Below are positions 34,942-35,050 of a stretch of 35,050 nucleotides of DNA, piece by piece. Positions within the stretch are counted from its first letter, which is position 1. The number at the start of each line of letters is the position of its first letter. The notes beneath the pieces were generated by a model. The model was not told where the DNA came from, searched no databases, and worked only from the letters and a program-made list of their open reading frames with translations. Where the stretch lies: assembly GCA_003693705.1 (NCBI GenBank), contig RBZT01000643.1:1-35050 (forward strand), in the 5' to 3' direction. This stretch comes from Polymyxa betae A26-41 (taxonomy: Eukaryota; Protista; Endomyxa: Phytomyxea). Both the position numbers and the translations under genes were made by a program.

Positions 34942-35050
34942 GCGTGTTTTGTGACGCGTGCCAACTATGTAGTTAGGGCATGGTCACACAGATACCGGTT
35001 GAGGACGAATGTAAACCAGTCCACGAGCAGAGACATCAACCGTTAGGATT

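Noticed and set aside
33166-34964. Long minus-strand ORFs (33166-33711, 34470-34964)
   Set aside because: They are antisense shadows of the plus-strand spliced gene and of the AAC-rich repeat.

Overview
This is eukaryotic DNA, probably from a fungus-like microbial eukaryote: about 45% GC, with a tight class of 46-52 nt GT-AG introns. Most of the window is a nest of decayed transposable elements. From left to right: a CACTA/EnSpm transposase pseudogene; a low-complexity region with a ~474-bp tandem duplication carrying conserved hairpins; a PIF/Harbinger fragment; a Ty1/copia element (3' LTR and PPT intact) interrupted by a TA-flanked MITE, a full-length hAT and a 519-bp circularly permuted single-LTR mini-retroelement; a Ty3/gypsy element fused in frame to the copia gag and interrupted by a second hAT; a two-gene Harbinger interrupted by a non-autonomous hAT that itself holds a MITE; IS3EU-like fragments; and a chromodomain gypsy interrupted by a complete MULE. 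At the right end is the only apparently intact gene, a spliced ORF of at least 459 aa with a C2H2 zinc finger, followed by a 171/174-bp tandem repeat. For four insertions, removing the element plus one target-site copy by hand restores the host reading frame, which supports the boundaries. The most unusual item is the permuted one-LTR element at 12682-13200. All family assignments come from motif recognition only; no database searches were run.
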